The notes under the pieces are model-generated. The model had not been told where the DNA came from. It searched no databases and saw only the letters and a program-made list of their open reading frames with translations. Both the position numbers and the translations under genes were made by a program. Shown piece after piece: positions 1 through 13,103 of a stretch of DNA of 64,000 nt. The DNA comes from Octopus bimaculoides. Taxonomy: Eukaryota. Every line of letters begins with the position of its first letter. Position 1 is the stretch's first letter. The stretch spans positions 25,305,000 to 25,368,999 of the forward strand of contig NC_068999.1 of NCBI RefSeq assembly GCF_001194135.2, read 5' to 3'.

Positions 1-46
1 GAGAGAGAGAGAGAGGGAGAGAGAGAGAGAGGGAGAGAGAGAGAGA
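1..46. repeat. (GA)n microsatellite
   Basis: Direct reading. Confidence 0.95.
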
Positions 47-299
47 GTTCAAATTTACAGAAAACAAAAGACAAAGACAGTTGAGGGAACTACAAAACTA
101 CAAGAATGTGTGTATCTATTATTTTTAAATGTTTCTAGACATATGAGATGACCTCCATCCATACATCTACATGCATACATTTCTTCTCCTAACTTGTGTT
201 TCTTTCTTTCAGGGAAGACGTATTGTTCTGTCTCCTATCCAGACTTGTTTCTTCGCATTCACCACCACAACCTCGCTTAGGTTCAGCAGCCCTTCCTGT

Positions 300-510
300 T
301 TGCTTTCACTGTCCTGTCTTTGTCACCAATCTTGACCCTGCTCAAAATACGGATTAGAAAAACGGCCAACAACTGATGAAGGGTCGTTCTTTGTGTTGCT
401 TGTCTTGTTTTCCATTTGTTTCTTTCGTTGCTTGCAAAAAAAAAAGTCCTTATTCCATGTCCTTGTACTTCGTATTTTTTGTTGTTTATGCTTTGTGACG
501 TCCTGTTCCC
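300..510 (-). repeat. Interspersed repeat fragment of the same family as 63381-63640 and 47310-47400
   Basis: The reverse complement shares 'aaatggaaaacaagacaa..aaagaacgacccttcatcagtt..ttttgagcag..ggtgacaaa.acaggacagtg' with 63460-63630. Confidence 0.75.
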
Positions 511-602
511 ACATATGCATGTAAGTATGTATGTATATATGCATATATATATATTATTTATATTATTATATGATTGAATGCCACGCATCCTTTTCCAAGT
601 AA

Positions 603-639
<37 letters not shown>

Positions 640-760
640 GTTGCTTAAGCATTGCAATGAAGCTATAAGGTGTTACTCAGGCACTCAACTATGAGCCTAC
701 TGCATTGAACCATTCAACTCATGCTTGCACCTACGATGATGATGATGTTGATGATGATAC

Positions 761-926
761 CTTTTTGTCCAGCAATGCCAAAGGCAGGAAAACCTGGCAA
801 ACCACGTTCTCCTTTATCACCAGGCAAACCACCATAAGACTCTCCAGGAAGACCATCTAAACCAGGCAGACCAGGTGAACCTGGTAGACCATCCAGACCA
901 TCAATTCCAATACGTCCAGGAACTCC
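761..926 (-). CDS. COL4A: Collagen IV exon (166 bp, phase 0-1), last one in the window; the gene continues past position 1
   Basis: attag|GGA GTT...AAA G|gtatca; [19 protein letters not shown]...[28 protein letters not shown]. Confidence 0.96.
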
Positions 927-2284
927 CTAATCATAAGATAAAATTTTGTTGCAACAGTTTAAGTAACCAACACTAAGTAGACTGTCATTTATTATTTTAA
1001 GTTTATTAAAGTAACTTTTGAAATGAAAAGACAAAAAGAATGGAAGTCACGTGTTAGAAGCAAACTACAGATAAATGTAAATTGCAAAATAGTTAGAGAA
1101 ATTGTTCCCCAATTACAACAGATTTTTATTTCAAACATGAACAGGAAAGTAAATTTATAAAATCAAACCACATACCAACTGGGGGTTTAAACATATCAAA
1201 TAAGATAAAAAATGTAAAAGACATGAAAAATACTGATAAAATCTGTTTTTATATTACCATATTGTTCTCAACTTTAGTTTAATCTGAAGAAATCTTTATA
1301 TTTAGGATATCTTATCAATTCTTCAAACATGCTTTATTTTATAAATTTTTTTAAAAGAGAATCAAAGAAGACTAGCTGAGTTTAGAACGAATGTAATACT
1401 TACTATATATAAATGAAGTAAATTAGGTAATTCAATTACATCTTTAGAGAAAATAAGGTATTGCATACCTTGGGAGAAAAATGCTCAATTTGGGACTTTG
1501 TTTCAATGTTTTAAACTGGTAGAATCAAAAAAATCTTTTATTCTTTCTATTATTATTTTATTGCTCTATAAAATGATTAAACCTACACTGAGTTAAGTAT
1601 TTAGATCAAATAAAAAAATGTTTAAAATACTTCACATGAAAAATATAAAAAATTAGGAAATATAGCTTGTTAGAAGCAAAAATAATAAAATAAAGATGTA
1701 GGAGCAATGATTGAATCTGGTGATATATTAAATACATATCCAGATCAAATGTGACCTGAAAGCAACAACTTAAATGCTTTTAAACTTCATAATAAATGTT
1801 ACATAAAGGAGTAAATACACTCTATTTAGAGTCATTCATAAATTGAGTTGTATATCAAATACCTAACTTAATTCAAGAATAACACTGAATAGTGTATCAA
1901 CTTTCCAATTTAACTTCTGAGAGAAACTATAAAAACATTTAGGAAGTTGCCTTAAATTAACACATTTGTGAACATATGGGTATGATTTAAGAAATAATAT
2001 TGAGAGAATCATCTCATTATTTTCTTATGACTAAGTAGATAGATTATTTGGGCATAGTAGAAGTTAACCGAATCAATTAAAGTATATTAATGATACTTAA
2101 ACCATTAACTCCAAACACACAAAAGGTAAAAACCAGGACTTGAACATAAATGGATAAAACTAAGTGCTATAAGACATTCCTTCTGGTGTTCTACCATTTC
2201 TGGCTACTCATAATTTCCCATTACACACTTATTATTCATAATATTAGTAATACTTCTTGAAAAACAAAGTAAAAGTGTAATAAC

Positions 2285-2476
2285 CGTTTCTCCAGGATAT
2301 CCAGCAGGGCCTGATCGACCTCTAAAGCCAACATCTCCAGATTTTCCACTTTGGCCATAAGCTCCAGGGATTCCAACATCACCAGGTGGACCTTTACTTC
2401 CTTTTACATAGACATAATCACCTTTTTCTCCTTTTCTTCCTTGTAAACCTACTGGACCTGAGAATCCTCTTGAACC
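2285..2476 (-). CDS. COL4A: Collagen IV exon (192 bp, phase 0-0)
   Basis: cttag|GGT TCA...GAA ACG|gttatt; GSRGFSGPVGLQGRKGEKGDYVYVKGSKGPPGDVG...GYPGET. Confidence 0.95.
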
Positions 2477-2738
2477 CTAAGTATGAGAAATGAAAGGCAC
2501 TCAGAAATATATTTGAACTAAAGAACAGAACAACAAATTTTTTTTAATCTCAAATTTATCATAACAGAAATAAAGAAATTTGGATGAATTCTTACATAGC
2601 ATTGAAATACAAAAGACAAATTTCTTTATGCATTTTTAATTGAAAACAGATTTTTGTAAGTATTTTGAATAAAACTGAAGATAATGATTACATCCCATAA
2701 TTTGTAATTTTTCACCAGGTAAATTTGTAAATATTTAC

Positions 2739-2836
2739 CTTTTCACCAGGAGATCCAGGTAAGCCAGGAATACCAAAATACCCCTTCTCTCCTCTAAGTC
2801 CTGGAAGACCATCAGGCCCATCAAAACCAGGACGAC
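2739..2836 (-). CDS. COL4A: Collagen IV exon (98 bp, phase 1-0)
   Basis: tgcag|GT CGT...GAA AAG|gtaaat; (G)[32 protein letters not shown]. Confidence 0.96.
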
Positions 2837-3711
2837 CTGCAAAAGAGAAACATATTTAATATTTGAAAGGAAATTAAATAATTCCTATAATATCCAGAAC
2901 ATACCAGCCTAGAAATGGCTAGATCTAATCACATAATTGGATAATATTCTTGCAGACCAAAGGACAGAACTTGTCTCAATAAATAAACATTATAAGTTTA
3001 AATACCCCATTCATTTAACTATTCATGTATAAATTATAATAACAATGTGAGCAATAATATTATTATCAATAAAAATATCATAAACAGTTCTGCTACATTA
3101 TTTTAATGTCAAAAAGAACTTTTCTATTCTCAATATTGATTGCTAAAATAATTATATCAAATTGATGTAACCAGATCATTTGTTTATTTAACTGAAAAAT
3201 ATAGTGTGCTGTACACAATGTAACCACACAACAACCTATCATCCAATGAGAAATGTCATTCTTTACTAAATTTCTATATACATTATAGGTATAACTCAAA
3301 ATGCTGAAATAAAGAAGATGCAAATGTATTGGCCATAACAGTATAATTACTAATAAATAAAACATAAAAGAACACCTAAATTTGTGAAGAAAATTGTCTT
3401 TTAGTATTGAACTTACTCTCATAAATGAATTATACTCTATTTTCACTTCTTTCATTATTATATAAGTCTTGTTTCCAAAGATTTTATGCTCCACTTTGCA
3501 TTATATTTGTTTTTCTCCTCCAATATATATTTTTGTAGTAGTTACAAAAATCTGAGTTTTTTATTTTTGTAAAGTGATTCTTTTTCTGAAAACTTACTGC
3601 TTAAACAGTCTCCTAATAAATAACATTTATCAGCTCAGAATACATGCAATCAATTTCATTTCCATTTATACTTTGAAGGGAAGAGGTTTTAAAGATAATA
3701 TCAAGCCATAC

Positions 3712-3792
3712 CGGGTCTTCCAGGTTCACCAACTTCTCCCTTAACTCCAGGATATCCAGACCTGCATAATTCACAGTCCTCACCACGTTCAC
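3712..3792 (-). CDS. COL4A: Collagen IV exon (81 bp, phase 1-1) carrying the CxxC interruption
   Basis: cgtag|GT GAA...CCC G|gtatgg; (G)ERGEDCELCRSGYPGVKGEVGEPGRP. A Cys pair in a mid-helix interruption is typical of collagen IV. Confidence 0.96.
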
Positions 3793-3926
3793 CTACGATT
3801 CAGAAAATATAAAAGCAAAAAAGTAAATAAACAAGCAATACAATAAAATATACAACATGAATAAAACAGATTGCTACACAATTACAATATTTGCCTTCTT
3901 ATAAATAAATTCTAAATGAGTCTTAC

Positions 3927-4235
3927 CTTTTCCACCATATGCTCCAGGCCAGCCACGATTTCCAGGAGCACCCCTTTCTCCAAAATCTCCAGGAACACCT
4001 TTTTGACCAACTATTCCTATCTTGGGACCAAATCCATCACCAGGTGGTCCAATATCACCAATATTTCCTCGAATACCAGGTGCACCTGGAAGGCCATTTA
4101 ATCCATCTCTTCCAGGCACACCAGACTCTCCTGGATTTCCTGGATAGCTATCTCCAACTTCTCCTTTATCTCCGACATAACCAACACTTCCTCGTAGTCC
4201 AGGACCACCAGGGACTCCATCAGCACCAGGTAAAC
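3927..4235 (-). CDS. COL4A: Collagen IV exon (309 bp, phase 1-1)
   Basis: gatag|GT TTA...AAA G|gtaaga; Gly-X-Y core of ORF 3874-4248 with interruptions GDSYPG and GDGFGPKIGIVG. Confidence 0.97.
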
Positions 4236-5531
4236 CTATCAAACACAAAAGCCATTGTAAGAGAATATTCTAAGACAATAATACATTGTAAGATTTTCCT
4301 AAGCACAGTCTTTTGAAAATAATTTAAACATCAGTATGGGATTCATATTCCATGGTAAAATCTGATTTATTTCATTTGATTTTCATATAGAAGGAATAAG
4401 TTTTGAAAGTGTGATCATAGAAGGGAAATGTTCAAAGTTATGAATATAAAAGACTTGAAATTTCAGGTAGTGTTTGAGCAGTGATCAAGATAAAGAGAGG
4501 TTACAGCCTTTTACTTACAGCAGTTTTACTTGAAGTTCATATTAAAACTAAATTATGAATGACTGATAAAAAAAAATCTTTAATTATACCAAGGATATTC
4601 AATAAGGATACAATTTCTAAATTTTATAAAACAGCCCACTGGGAAACTCTATTAAACTACATTTTGCAATTATCATTAGAGAGCATTAAATAAAATAATG
4701 ACCATATTCAGTTATAGGTCTCTTATCATTTTTTGTTTTTTTTCTGAACAAAAGATTTTAGATTCAGTCTCAGTGCACATCCTAGTCCCAAATACATTTT
4801 CATATCTACACACTAGACTAAATAAAAAGTCCTGTTAAATGTGTGAAGTTAATATTCACATGAAAAAGTAATTGTTTGTATTTAATATTTGTCTTGATTA
4901 ATCAAATTCATATGTTCGGTCAAAAATACTGGTAGCTTCTTATAGTATTCCAAATCACTATCCTGTTTTGTAGCCATTTATAATTGTGTTTCAAAGGATT
5001 TCAGCCATATATTCTTAGTATTTATTGGGAAATGTTCATTCCTTTCAACAATATAGAATATAACTTTTATGTCATCTCCATTAATGATAAACAAAGGCAC
5101 TTTATCTTCTTAACAAGCAATCTCTATAAGTCGTGGTTTAATATTGCTTACCTACTGAAATATTTCATATAATATATGATGAAATAAATGTTTAAATGGT
5201 ATATTTATGAATTATAAGATACTTTAGAAAGAGTACTTTGTAAACAAATCATTCATAAAATATGCATTTAGCTGTCTCTATATGATGTGTTAGACAATCT
5301 ATATCTCCATAATCCATTCTGTGTACCAAACAAAAATGAAAAAAATATCTATACATAATCACAGACAGATTCAAAACAAAAGTGAAGTAATGTAATTTTC
5401 ACCATTATTGTGAGCACATGAGATTACATCTAAATGTAAAATTTTGCTTAAATAGTTTATTATATGTCTTTGGGTCCTCAGAATTTTTGAAAGCAGCTAT
5501 CCACATCCTAGGTAGTGAAAAGAAAATTTAC

Positions 5532-5654
5532 CTGGGAAACCACGCTCGCCCTTAAAGGAAAATCCATGTAATCCTTCAAGCCCAGGAGGACCAGGTAGTC
5601 CAGGAACTCCAGGCATGCCTGGGAAACCAATTTCACCTCTATCTCCAGTTGGAC
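5532..5654 (-). CDS. COL4A: Collagen IV exon (123 bp, phase 1-1)
   Basis: aacag|GT CCA...CCA G|gtaaat; (G)[40 protein letters not shown]; lies within ORF 5497-5688. Confidence 0.96.
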
Positions 5655-5824
5655 CTGTTGTGGGAAAATAGAAATACAGGAAATACATACTTCATGAGTT
5701 GATATATATTTTATTTAGAAACTTGCAAAGAGCTTATTATAGGCAAGTGTATGTATGTGTTTATCTATCACTCTATCTATCTATCAATCCATCTAACTCT
5801 TCCCCTCTCTCTCTCTCTCTGTGC

Positions 5825-5876
<52 letters not shown>

Positions 5877-5897
5877 NNNNNNNNNNTATATATATAT

Positions 5898-6203
5898 ATA
5901 TATTATTCAAAAGAATTCCAACTCTGTCTGTTTTTTATGTTTTATTTATATTCTTATAAAATTAATGTGGGATATAGAATATGGAATATATAGTATATAT
6001 AGTAAAATGAAATGAAGTATTGAATGTCTTATTGAATAAATGAAATATTCAAATATTTCATTTATTCAATAAGATATTCAATACTTCATTTCATTTTACT
6101 ATATATACTATATATTCCATATTCTATATCCCACATTAATTTTATAAGAATATAAATAAAACATAAAAAACAGACAGAGTTGGAATTCTTTTGAATAATA
6201 TAT
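5898..6203. repeat. Near-perfect palindrome: 152-bp arms, 2-nt loop, 1 mismatch
   Basis: 5898-6049 is the reverse complement of 6052-6203 except at the 6026(G)/6075(T) pair; checked in 10-nt blocks. Confidence 0.95.
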
Positions 6204-6682
6204 TCCTCTATACACTATCATACAAACCCCCTTTTTTATTTTATATATATATATTTTTTTTTCTTTTCAAAGTTTCAGCTCAGAGCTGCGGCCATGCTGA
6301 TGCACCTATATATATATATATATATATACATAAATGGCAATTTCTATCTGTTTGTGAATTTGTTACTTTAACTCCTCCGAGACTATCCAACCAATCTTGA
6401 TGAAACTTGACACATGTGTGGGGATTATGCCCATGTGATCACTTACGCACTGGAATTTTGAAAAAAATCGATAATTTTTAATCAGCATCAATTTTTCAAA
6501 GATCAATAGGGCATTTCAATGTCCTATTGATTCCACACGTATTTATTTGTATTATTGTTTCATGAATGAATTTGCTTGTACCTTCTATTATCTGTCTATG
6601 TCTTGATTTCATTTTTCTTCTGAGAGAAATTAGGCATTGTAATGGGTACTGGGAATATCCCCACTCCCAGGTACCTCAGCTA

Positions 6683-6737
<55 letters not shown>

Positions 6738-7534
6738 TATGTACATATTTATGAGTGTGTATGTGTGTGTTTGTGTATGTATGCATGTATGTATGTATGT
6801 ATGCATGCATGTATGTGCACGTGTGCATATGTTTTACAAAGTTTTTGATTTACATCAGTATATTACTACTGCAAAAGAAAAAAAAAAGATCAAATTAAAT
6901 GATTTTCTTTTTAAAAAAATATTGTTAAAAGGGTGTTTGGTTTCTTTTTATTTCTTTCTGTTTTATTTTCTTTATGCATGACCATGCAACAGCTTCACAT
7001 CATTCCTTCTACATTTATTTTCACCTGTATTTAGTACTATTTGCATTCTGTATTCAAAACTTTTTGAAATTAGCATTGAGTTTTTTAATTGAAAATTCTT
7101 TCATTGTTTCTACCTTGACCATCATCCTCATTGTATGCACATTGCTATTTTAAATTTACAAAGGTTTTCTTCATTGGTGTCCCAACAAATAAATCATGCA
7201 ATTCTCTGGCTTTATTCTCCTCTATTTTAGTCACTCCTTAATGTAAACTAAATGATTTCTGTTCCAGTATCTGTAACTTCATCCTTGATTCCACCAAAAT
7301 TACTTGCAAAGTGAAAAATTATATCTTTCCAAAACAGTTCTCACATTGCCAGCTATTACCTCATACCATGCATTGATAGTATTTTCCAGTATATTCTTTA
7401 TTAAAGTTCCCCCAAAAGATTAAATGCATATTCTGTTATTAGATTGCTTTTCTCAATAAGCTTTATCATTTACATTTTAGCCATCTGGGACACCACTTGG
7501 AAGAATTTCAGTTGAGTGAATTAACCCAGTATTT

Positions 7535-7653
7535 AATTTTTTTTTTTTTTTTGCTAAGCATAGTGCTTATTCTCTCAGTCTCCTTTGCCGAACTGCTAAG
7601 TTATGGGGATGTAAACACACCAACACTGGTTGTCAAGAGGTGCTGGAGGACAA

Positions 7654-7700
<47 letters not shown>

Positions 7701-7830
7701 TCACATGATGGGTTTTTTCCAGTTTTCATCTACCAAATCAACTCACAAGGCTTTAGTCAGCCTGAGGCTATAGTAGAAGACATTTTCCCAAAGTGCCATG
7801 CAGTGGGACTGAACCTTGATTTGTATAAAT
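7535..7830 (+). mobile_element. SINE fragment with internal (CA)n
   Basis: 'tacttattct..tttgccgaactgctaagttatggggatgtaaacacacc...gctatagtagaagacac..' is shared with copies at 12040-12300, 46860-47170 and 48000-48200. Confidence 0.7.
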
Positions 7831-9260
7831 AGTCGGTCTTGAATATTGTTATCACCTTCAGCTCTATGGTTGCAAGTGATATTCAGTCATAAGAATACAA
7901 TCTTAGCATTTAAAAAAAAACTCACCAAGTGTAGTTGTGAGACTAAGGCACTTGAACAAATTTCATAAAATTATAAAACCTAAATTTTAGATTTTGAATA
8001 TCTCACAACTTTTGGACAGAAATTATTCATATTAAATAAATGTTGTGTTGACTGATATTTTCTATTAGACTTTCAATAAACTTGTAAAAAAAGTTACATG
8101 AGTTCTTTAACATCAAATGGATTATGAGATCTAAATGAATTTTAATTTTACAATAAAGTTCTTTAAAATCTACATAGCTATTGAAAAGACTAGCACATAG
8201 GGTCTTCAACTAACTTTGCTTTGAGTACATCTTTTATCAAGGTAAACGAATGCTTTTTATCCTGCCCTTATTCGCAACATTTCAGTGTCCATGTATCAGT
8301 GCATCGTATGCCACATGTATACATACTCCTTTACTTCTTCAGTTTGGTCACTTCTTATTTTTATTTAGCTTTGTGCTATGCCTATGGATCACATGCATTT
8401 TGTTCTCATGAGGTATATTTTAAGGGCTACAGCTAGGCCTTGGGTGTCAGCATGGTCTGCAGTTGATCTGTCATTTGGCAATGAGTATGATATCGTCTGT
8501 GAATTGGAGCTGTATTAGTAGCTTACTGCTGGTGTTCATGTTATCTCACCAAATTCACTGACAAGGAGCTATAGTAGAAGACATTTGGTCAGAGTGTCAC
8601 ATAGTGAGATTGAACCTGGAAACATATAGTTGCAAACTTCATAGCAACACAGACATGCTGGTGCAGATATATATATATATATATACACACACATGAAAGT
8701 GCATGGCTTAGTGGTTAAGGTGTTGCACTCATGATTGCAAGATCATGGGTTCGATTCCAGACCAGGCATTGTGTTGTGCTCTTGAGTAAAGCACTTCATT
8801 TCACGTTGCTCTGCAGTGATTTCGACATCTGACATGTGACACCCAGCTGCACCTGTACAGGTAGTGTTGATCTGATGGAGGGAGTGAGCTTATGTCTACA
8901 CAAATATTTGATCCCTATAAACAAATCATCTGTGTGGTTGTTCAGTAAGGAATTGTTGAACCCTCATACATTGTCTAATGATGGAAGAGTCCATCATCTT
9001 CATACACACACACATGCATGCATGCACTGTATATATTTATATATATATATATNNNNNNNNNNNNNNNNNNNNNNNNNNNNNNNNNNNNNNNNNNNNNNNN
9101 NNNNNNNNNNNNNNNNNNNNNNNNNNNNNNNNNNNNNNNNNNNNNNNNNNNNNNNNNNNNNNNNNNNNNNNNNNNNNNNNNNNNNNNNNNNNNNNNNNNN
9201 NNNNNNNNNNNNNNNNNNNNNNNNNNNNNNNNNNNTATATATATATATATATATATATAT

Positions 9261-9435
9261 GTAGGAGGATCACTTAATTATGATTTTATTCAACATATTC
9301 CCCTCTCAGATTCACATACTTATTGCAGTGGTCCTTCAGTTTTTTTAAGCCTTGTAAAAGAACTCAGAGGGTTGGGCCCCCCAACCACACCTTTTGCAAT
9401 ACCCTTAAAGCCAGGAACTTTTCAGCACCCTTCCT
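9261..9435 (+). mobile_element. Partial mariner-derived MITE
   Basis: High similarity to 21505-21680, including the right TIR 'aggaacttttcagcaccc'; the left end abuts (TA)n and a gap. Confidence 0.75.
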
Positions 9436-9652
9436 CCCTCGTTCAAGATTTTCTCATGTTTACACTGCTATTGGATGATATATAGAGAGCTTTTGCATAT
9501 TGATAGATTTATCTCAGGATCATAGAAAATAAGTAATTTGAAATATGTACATGAAAACAAAAGTGGAAGAAATGTTTATGACTAGAGGGAAAACGGCAAA
9601 AAAAAAAAAAATTGAAATAGAAATTGTGTGAAGAATATATTAACTTGTTTAC

Positions 9653-9734
9653 CTCTTTTTCCAGATGGACCATGGTATCCACGGGGACCTATAGGACCAC
9701 GTTCTCCTTTCACTATGATTACCTCTCCTGTCCC
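9653..9734 (-). CDS. COL4A: Collagen IV exon (82 bp, phase 0-1)
   Basis: tgtag|GGG ACA...AGA G|gtaaac; GTGEVIIVKGERGPIGPRGYHGPSGKR(G). Confidence 0.95.
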
Positions 9735-10709
9735 CTACAGAATGAATTTTTAGAAGAAAAACTTCTCAACATTATAAAGGATTATTAAAATGTTTGAAAA
9801 TATATTTGAATTGTTACACACAGAAATGTGAAAATCATCAACTTTCAAAATCATTGTAATGAGAATGGTTTGTTATGAAAATGGACTGTTGTTTTTATGC
9901 CTAAGGTCAGCTCGCATTAATCAGACCAATGAATAAGGGCATTCTAACTATAGACCATCTTTTTTATTAATATCATACATCTATTGTATCCACCCTTTAA
10001 GACAAAATTGTGTGATTTAAGGGAGGGCTGGCTGCCATTTCTTGCTGGTTAAGTGACTACAAAGAACCCCCATACACATACCCACCCACTCAGTTAGTAT
10101 ACCATGATAGTTATGTTATTGCCTTTATTGTTGTTATTTGACCTTAGGTTAACTTTGATCAAACAGACCTATAATTAAAAGCATTCAAGCCATGACTTCA
10201 CCAATCAAACAACACATTATCTAATGTGTCTTAACTTCTTTTTAAGACAGTTGAATGTACTCAGAGGGAGATTCAATTTTTTTTTAGCAAGCAGATTAAT
10301 CATGTTGAGGATTCCCTGTTGACTCATTTTAATAGTGTTAATTGAAGGTGGTGTTTAGATGGATAATTGTTCAATAAGCTCAATCAAATATAAGCCTGTA
10401 ATCTCTTCCATAGAGTATCAGTAGAGTAGAGTTTTTTTGTTTTTTTTTTGGTGGGAAGATCCCAAGTGATATTACAAATATTTTTACATTAGTTTTGCTG
10501 AATGAAATGCAATCAGTATGAGTAGTTGGCTTTTATATATGTACCTTTTACATGTTTAATTACAATATTCCCAATGAAAACTATTACAGACAAAAATGGT
10601 GGAAGGAATGTAAAGGTAAAAAAATATGTGAACTTTTTGAATTATAAGAAAAGAAATTTCACAAAATCTTCATAGTTAAAACAAATCAAGCAGTGTTTGG
10701 TGTACTTAC

Positions 10710-10781
10710 AACTTTGCCTTTTCGACCAGCCCCACCAGGAAAGCCTTTAGGTCCACTGTAACCTCTTTCTCCTTGTTCTCC
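10710..10781 (-). CDS. COL4A: Collagen IV exon (72 bp, phase 0-0)
   Basis: tacag|GGA GAA...AAA GTT|gtaagt; GEQGERGYSGPKGFPGGAGRKGKV. Confidence 0.95.
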
Positions 10782-10989
10782 CTGTAAAGGTTGACAAAAT
10801 ATTAGCTTTTAAATATTGAAAGGCAGAAAGAAAATGTTTAATGTATTAATATGCTTCCTTAACAAGAAAGCTTCAGATGTATAGAATAATATTAACCAAT
10901 ACATATGTTTATATAATTTTGTCACACTTAACAGTGTGAAGAATTTCAGAGGATCACTTAGATTAATAAATATAGAAAGAAACACTTGC

Positions 10990-11088
10990 CTTAAAGCCAT
11001 CACGTCCTTTAGTACCAGGATAGCCTTTATCTCCACCAAGTCCTTTTGGACCAGCTTCTCCTGGACTTCCTTCTTTACCTCGTTTGCC
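10990..11088 (-). CDS. COL4A: Collagen IV exon (99 bp, phase 0-0) ending in a GC donor
   Basis: tatag|GGC AAA...TTT AAG|gcaagt; GKRGKEGSPGEAGPKGLGGDKGYPGTKGRDGFK. Confidence 0.93.
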
Positions 11089-11749
11089 CTATAAATATAC
11101 ATTTTAGAATGTTTATACTTCATATTTGATGTACCTAAATAAATGTGAATTCAGTACATATTTAAGGAATACATTAAACAGAAGACTTGTTAAAGATATA
11201 TATTTACCTGTGCATTTACTATACTATTTTTCATTAAGGATTCAAAGATCTGTGCAGTCTATTAGACTTAAAAACAATAATTAAATTGTTTAATTTCTAT
11301 TCATTTGAAATATTTTAAATTTAATGTTTTACTGTAGCTAATTTAGAGGTTATTATTTTAGATATTAAAGTGAGAAACAAATTTGTATTTCCAATTATGA
11401 AATACATCTAAAAGGTTTCTTTAAGTGATTCCATTTACACTTTTGTAAGAATGTAAAAAGTATTTAGCATTTAGATTAGACAGTGGTTTGTTCAAAGACA
11501 ACTATTCTACAGGAAATTTTCTTCCTATTTGGCAATTTCACGGCCATATCCAAAGAAAAAAGACAAAAGGATTCTTTAGAAGTTTTGATTAATACTCTTT
11601 TACTCTTTTACTTGTTTCAGTCATTTGACTGTGGCCANNNNNNNNNNGTGTATGTGTGTGTGTGTGTATGTGTGTGTGTGTATGTGTGTGTGTGTTTGTG
11701 TATGTGTGGATATGTGCTTTATGCATAGATAAATAGATAGAGAAATCGA

Positions 11750-11985
<236 letters not shown>

Positions 11986-12355
11986 GGTAGGTAGATGAGT
12001 CATTAGACTGCGACCATGCTGGGGCACTGACTCGAAGAATTTTAGTCGAACTTATTTTTAAGCCTGGTACTTATTTTGTCTGTCGCTTTTGCCGAACCGC
12101 TATGTTATGGGGATATAAACATCCCAACACTAGTTTCAAGCTGTGGTGAGAGACAAACACAGACACAAAAACAAATACACATACATTCAAAATCCACTCA
12201 AAAGGCTTTGGTCGGCCCGAGGCTATAGTAGAAGACACTTGCCGAAGATGCCACGCAGTGAGACTGGACCTGGAACCATGTGGTTGGTAAGCAAGCTACC
12301 TACCACATAGCTACTCCTGCGTCTAATATTAAAGAAATCAAATTAATTTGCTTAC

Positions 12356-12418
12356 CCTTCTTCCTGGTGGGCCTTGACCACCTGGGAAACCTTTGGGACC
12401 AGGAAAATTATCCAGACC
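12356..12418 (-). CDS. COL4A: Collagen IV exon (63 bp, phase 0-0)
   Basis: ggcag|GGT CTG...AGA AGG|gtaagc; GLDNFPGPKGFPGGQGPPGRR. Confidence 0.95.
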
Positions 12419-13103
12419 CTGCCAAAAGTAAGAACATAAGACAATTAAGAAAAGAATGGATTTTTGATGAATAAAATCAATTACTAATAAAGATTATATA
12501 AATCAAAATGTAACAATTTTTTTCTTCTACAAAATTCAAAGCCAGTCAAATTGAGAGAAAGAAATTAAACGTTGATTCTGTAATTGTTTAATCAGTAAGC
12601 TGACAAAATATAATTTTGAAAATATATTTGATGTAATTTTTTTTAACAGTTGGACATCTTTTTTAATACAGCTAGTTAAGAAATTTTAACAACTAAATTT
12701 AGCAAGTTTAACCTTTATCATGCAAAATAACTAGAAAATTACTTTAGAATATCACAAATATAAACAGTTAATTTTATCAATGGTTTTATGTAAGGTTGTT
12801 GAAAAGTGTTCACTGGTATAAGCAGCATCTTTTTAAAATCACATAAATATTGTTGTTGCTATTAATAATATTAGGTGGACATACATTTTGTAAACTAATG
12901 TATTCCATAATTTATTCAAAGTTCAGTGTGTCACAGTGCAGAATTCAAATTCTGTTTGGACTGAATTTGGTTTTCAAGTCTCCAAATCTTCATAGTCAAT
13001 AAAATAAATACCAGTAAAACAATGGAGACAATTCAATTGACTATGTTGCTTTATATACTAAATTAACTCAGTATTTCATTAACAGAGATCATTATTATTA
13101 ATG

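Noticed and set aside
330-390. CTGATGA flanked by a gaccct/agggtc pairing, a possible type II hammerhead (also antisense near 63490)
   Set aside because: No GAAA adjacent to stem II and no convincing stems I or III; the pairing partner is far away in the 63-kb copy
2709-2750. 11-bp duplicate of the exon end (ttttcaccagg) just inside the intron
   Set aside because: Not followed by GT on the coding strand, so not an alternative donor
3916-4316. Plus-strand ORFs overlapping the large collagen exon
   Set aside because: Antisense shadows of Gly-X-Y codons
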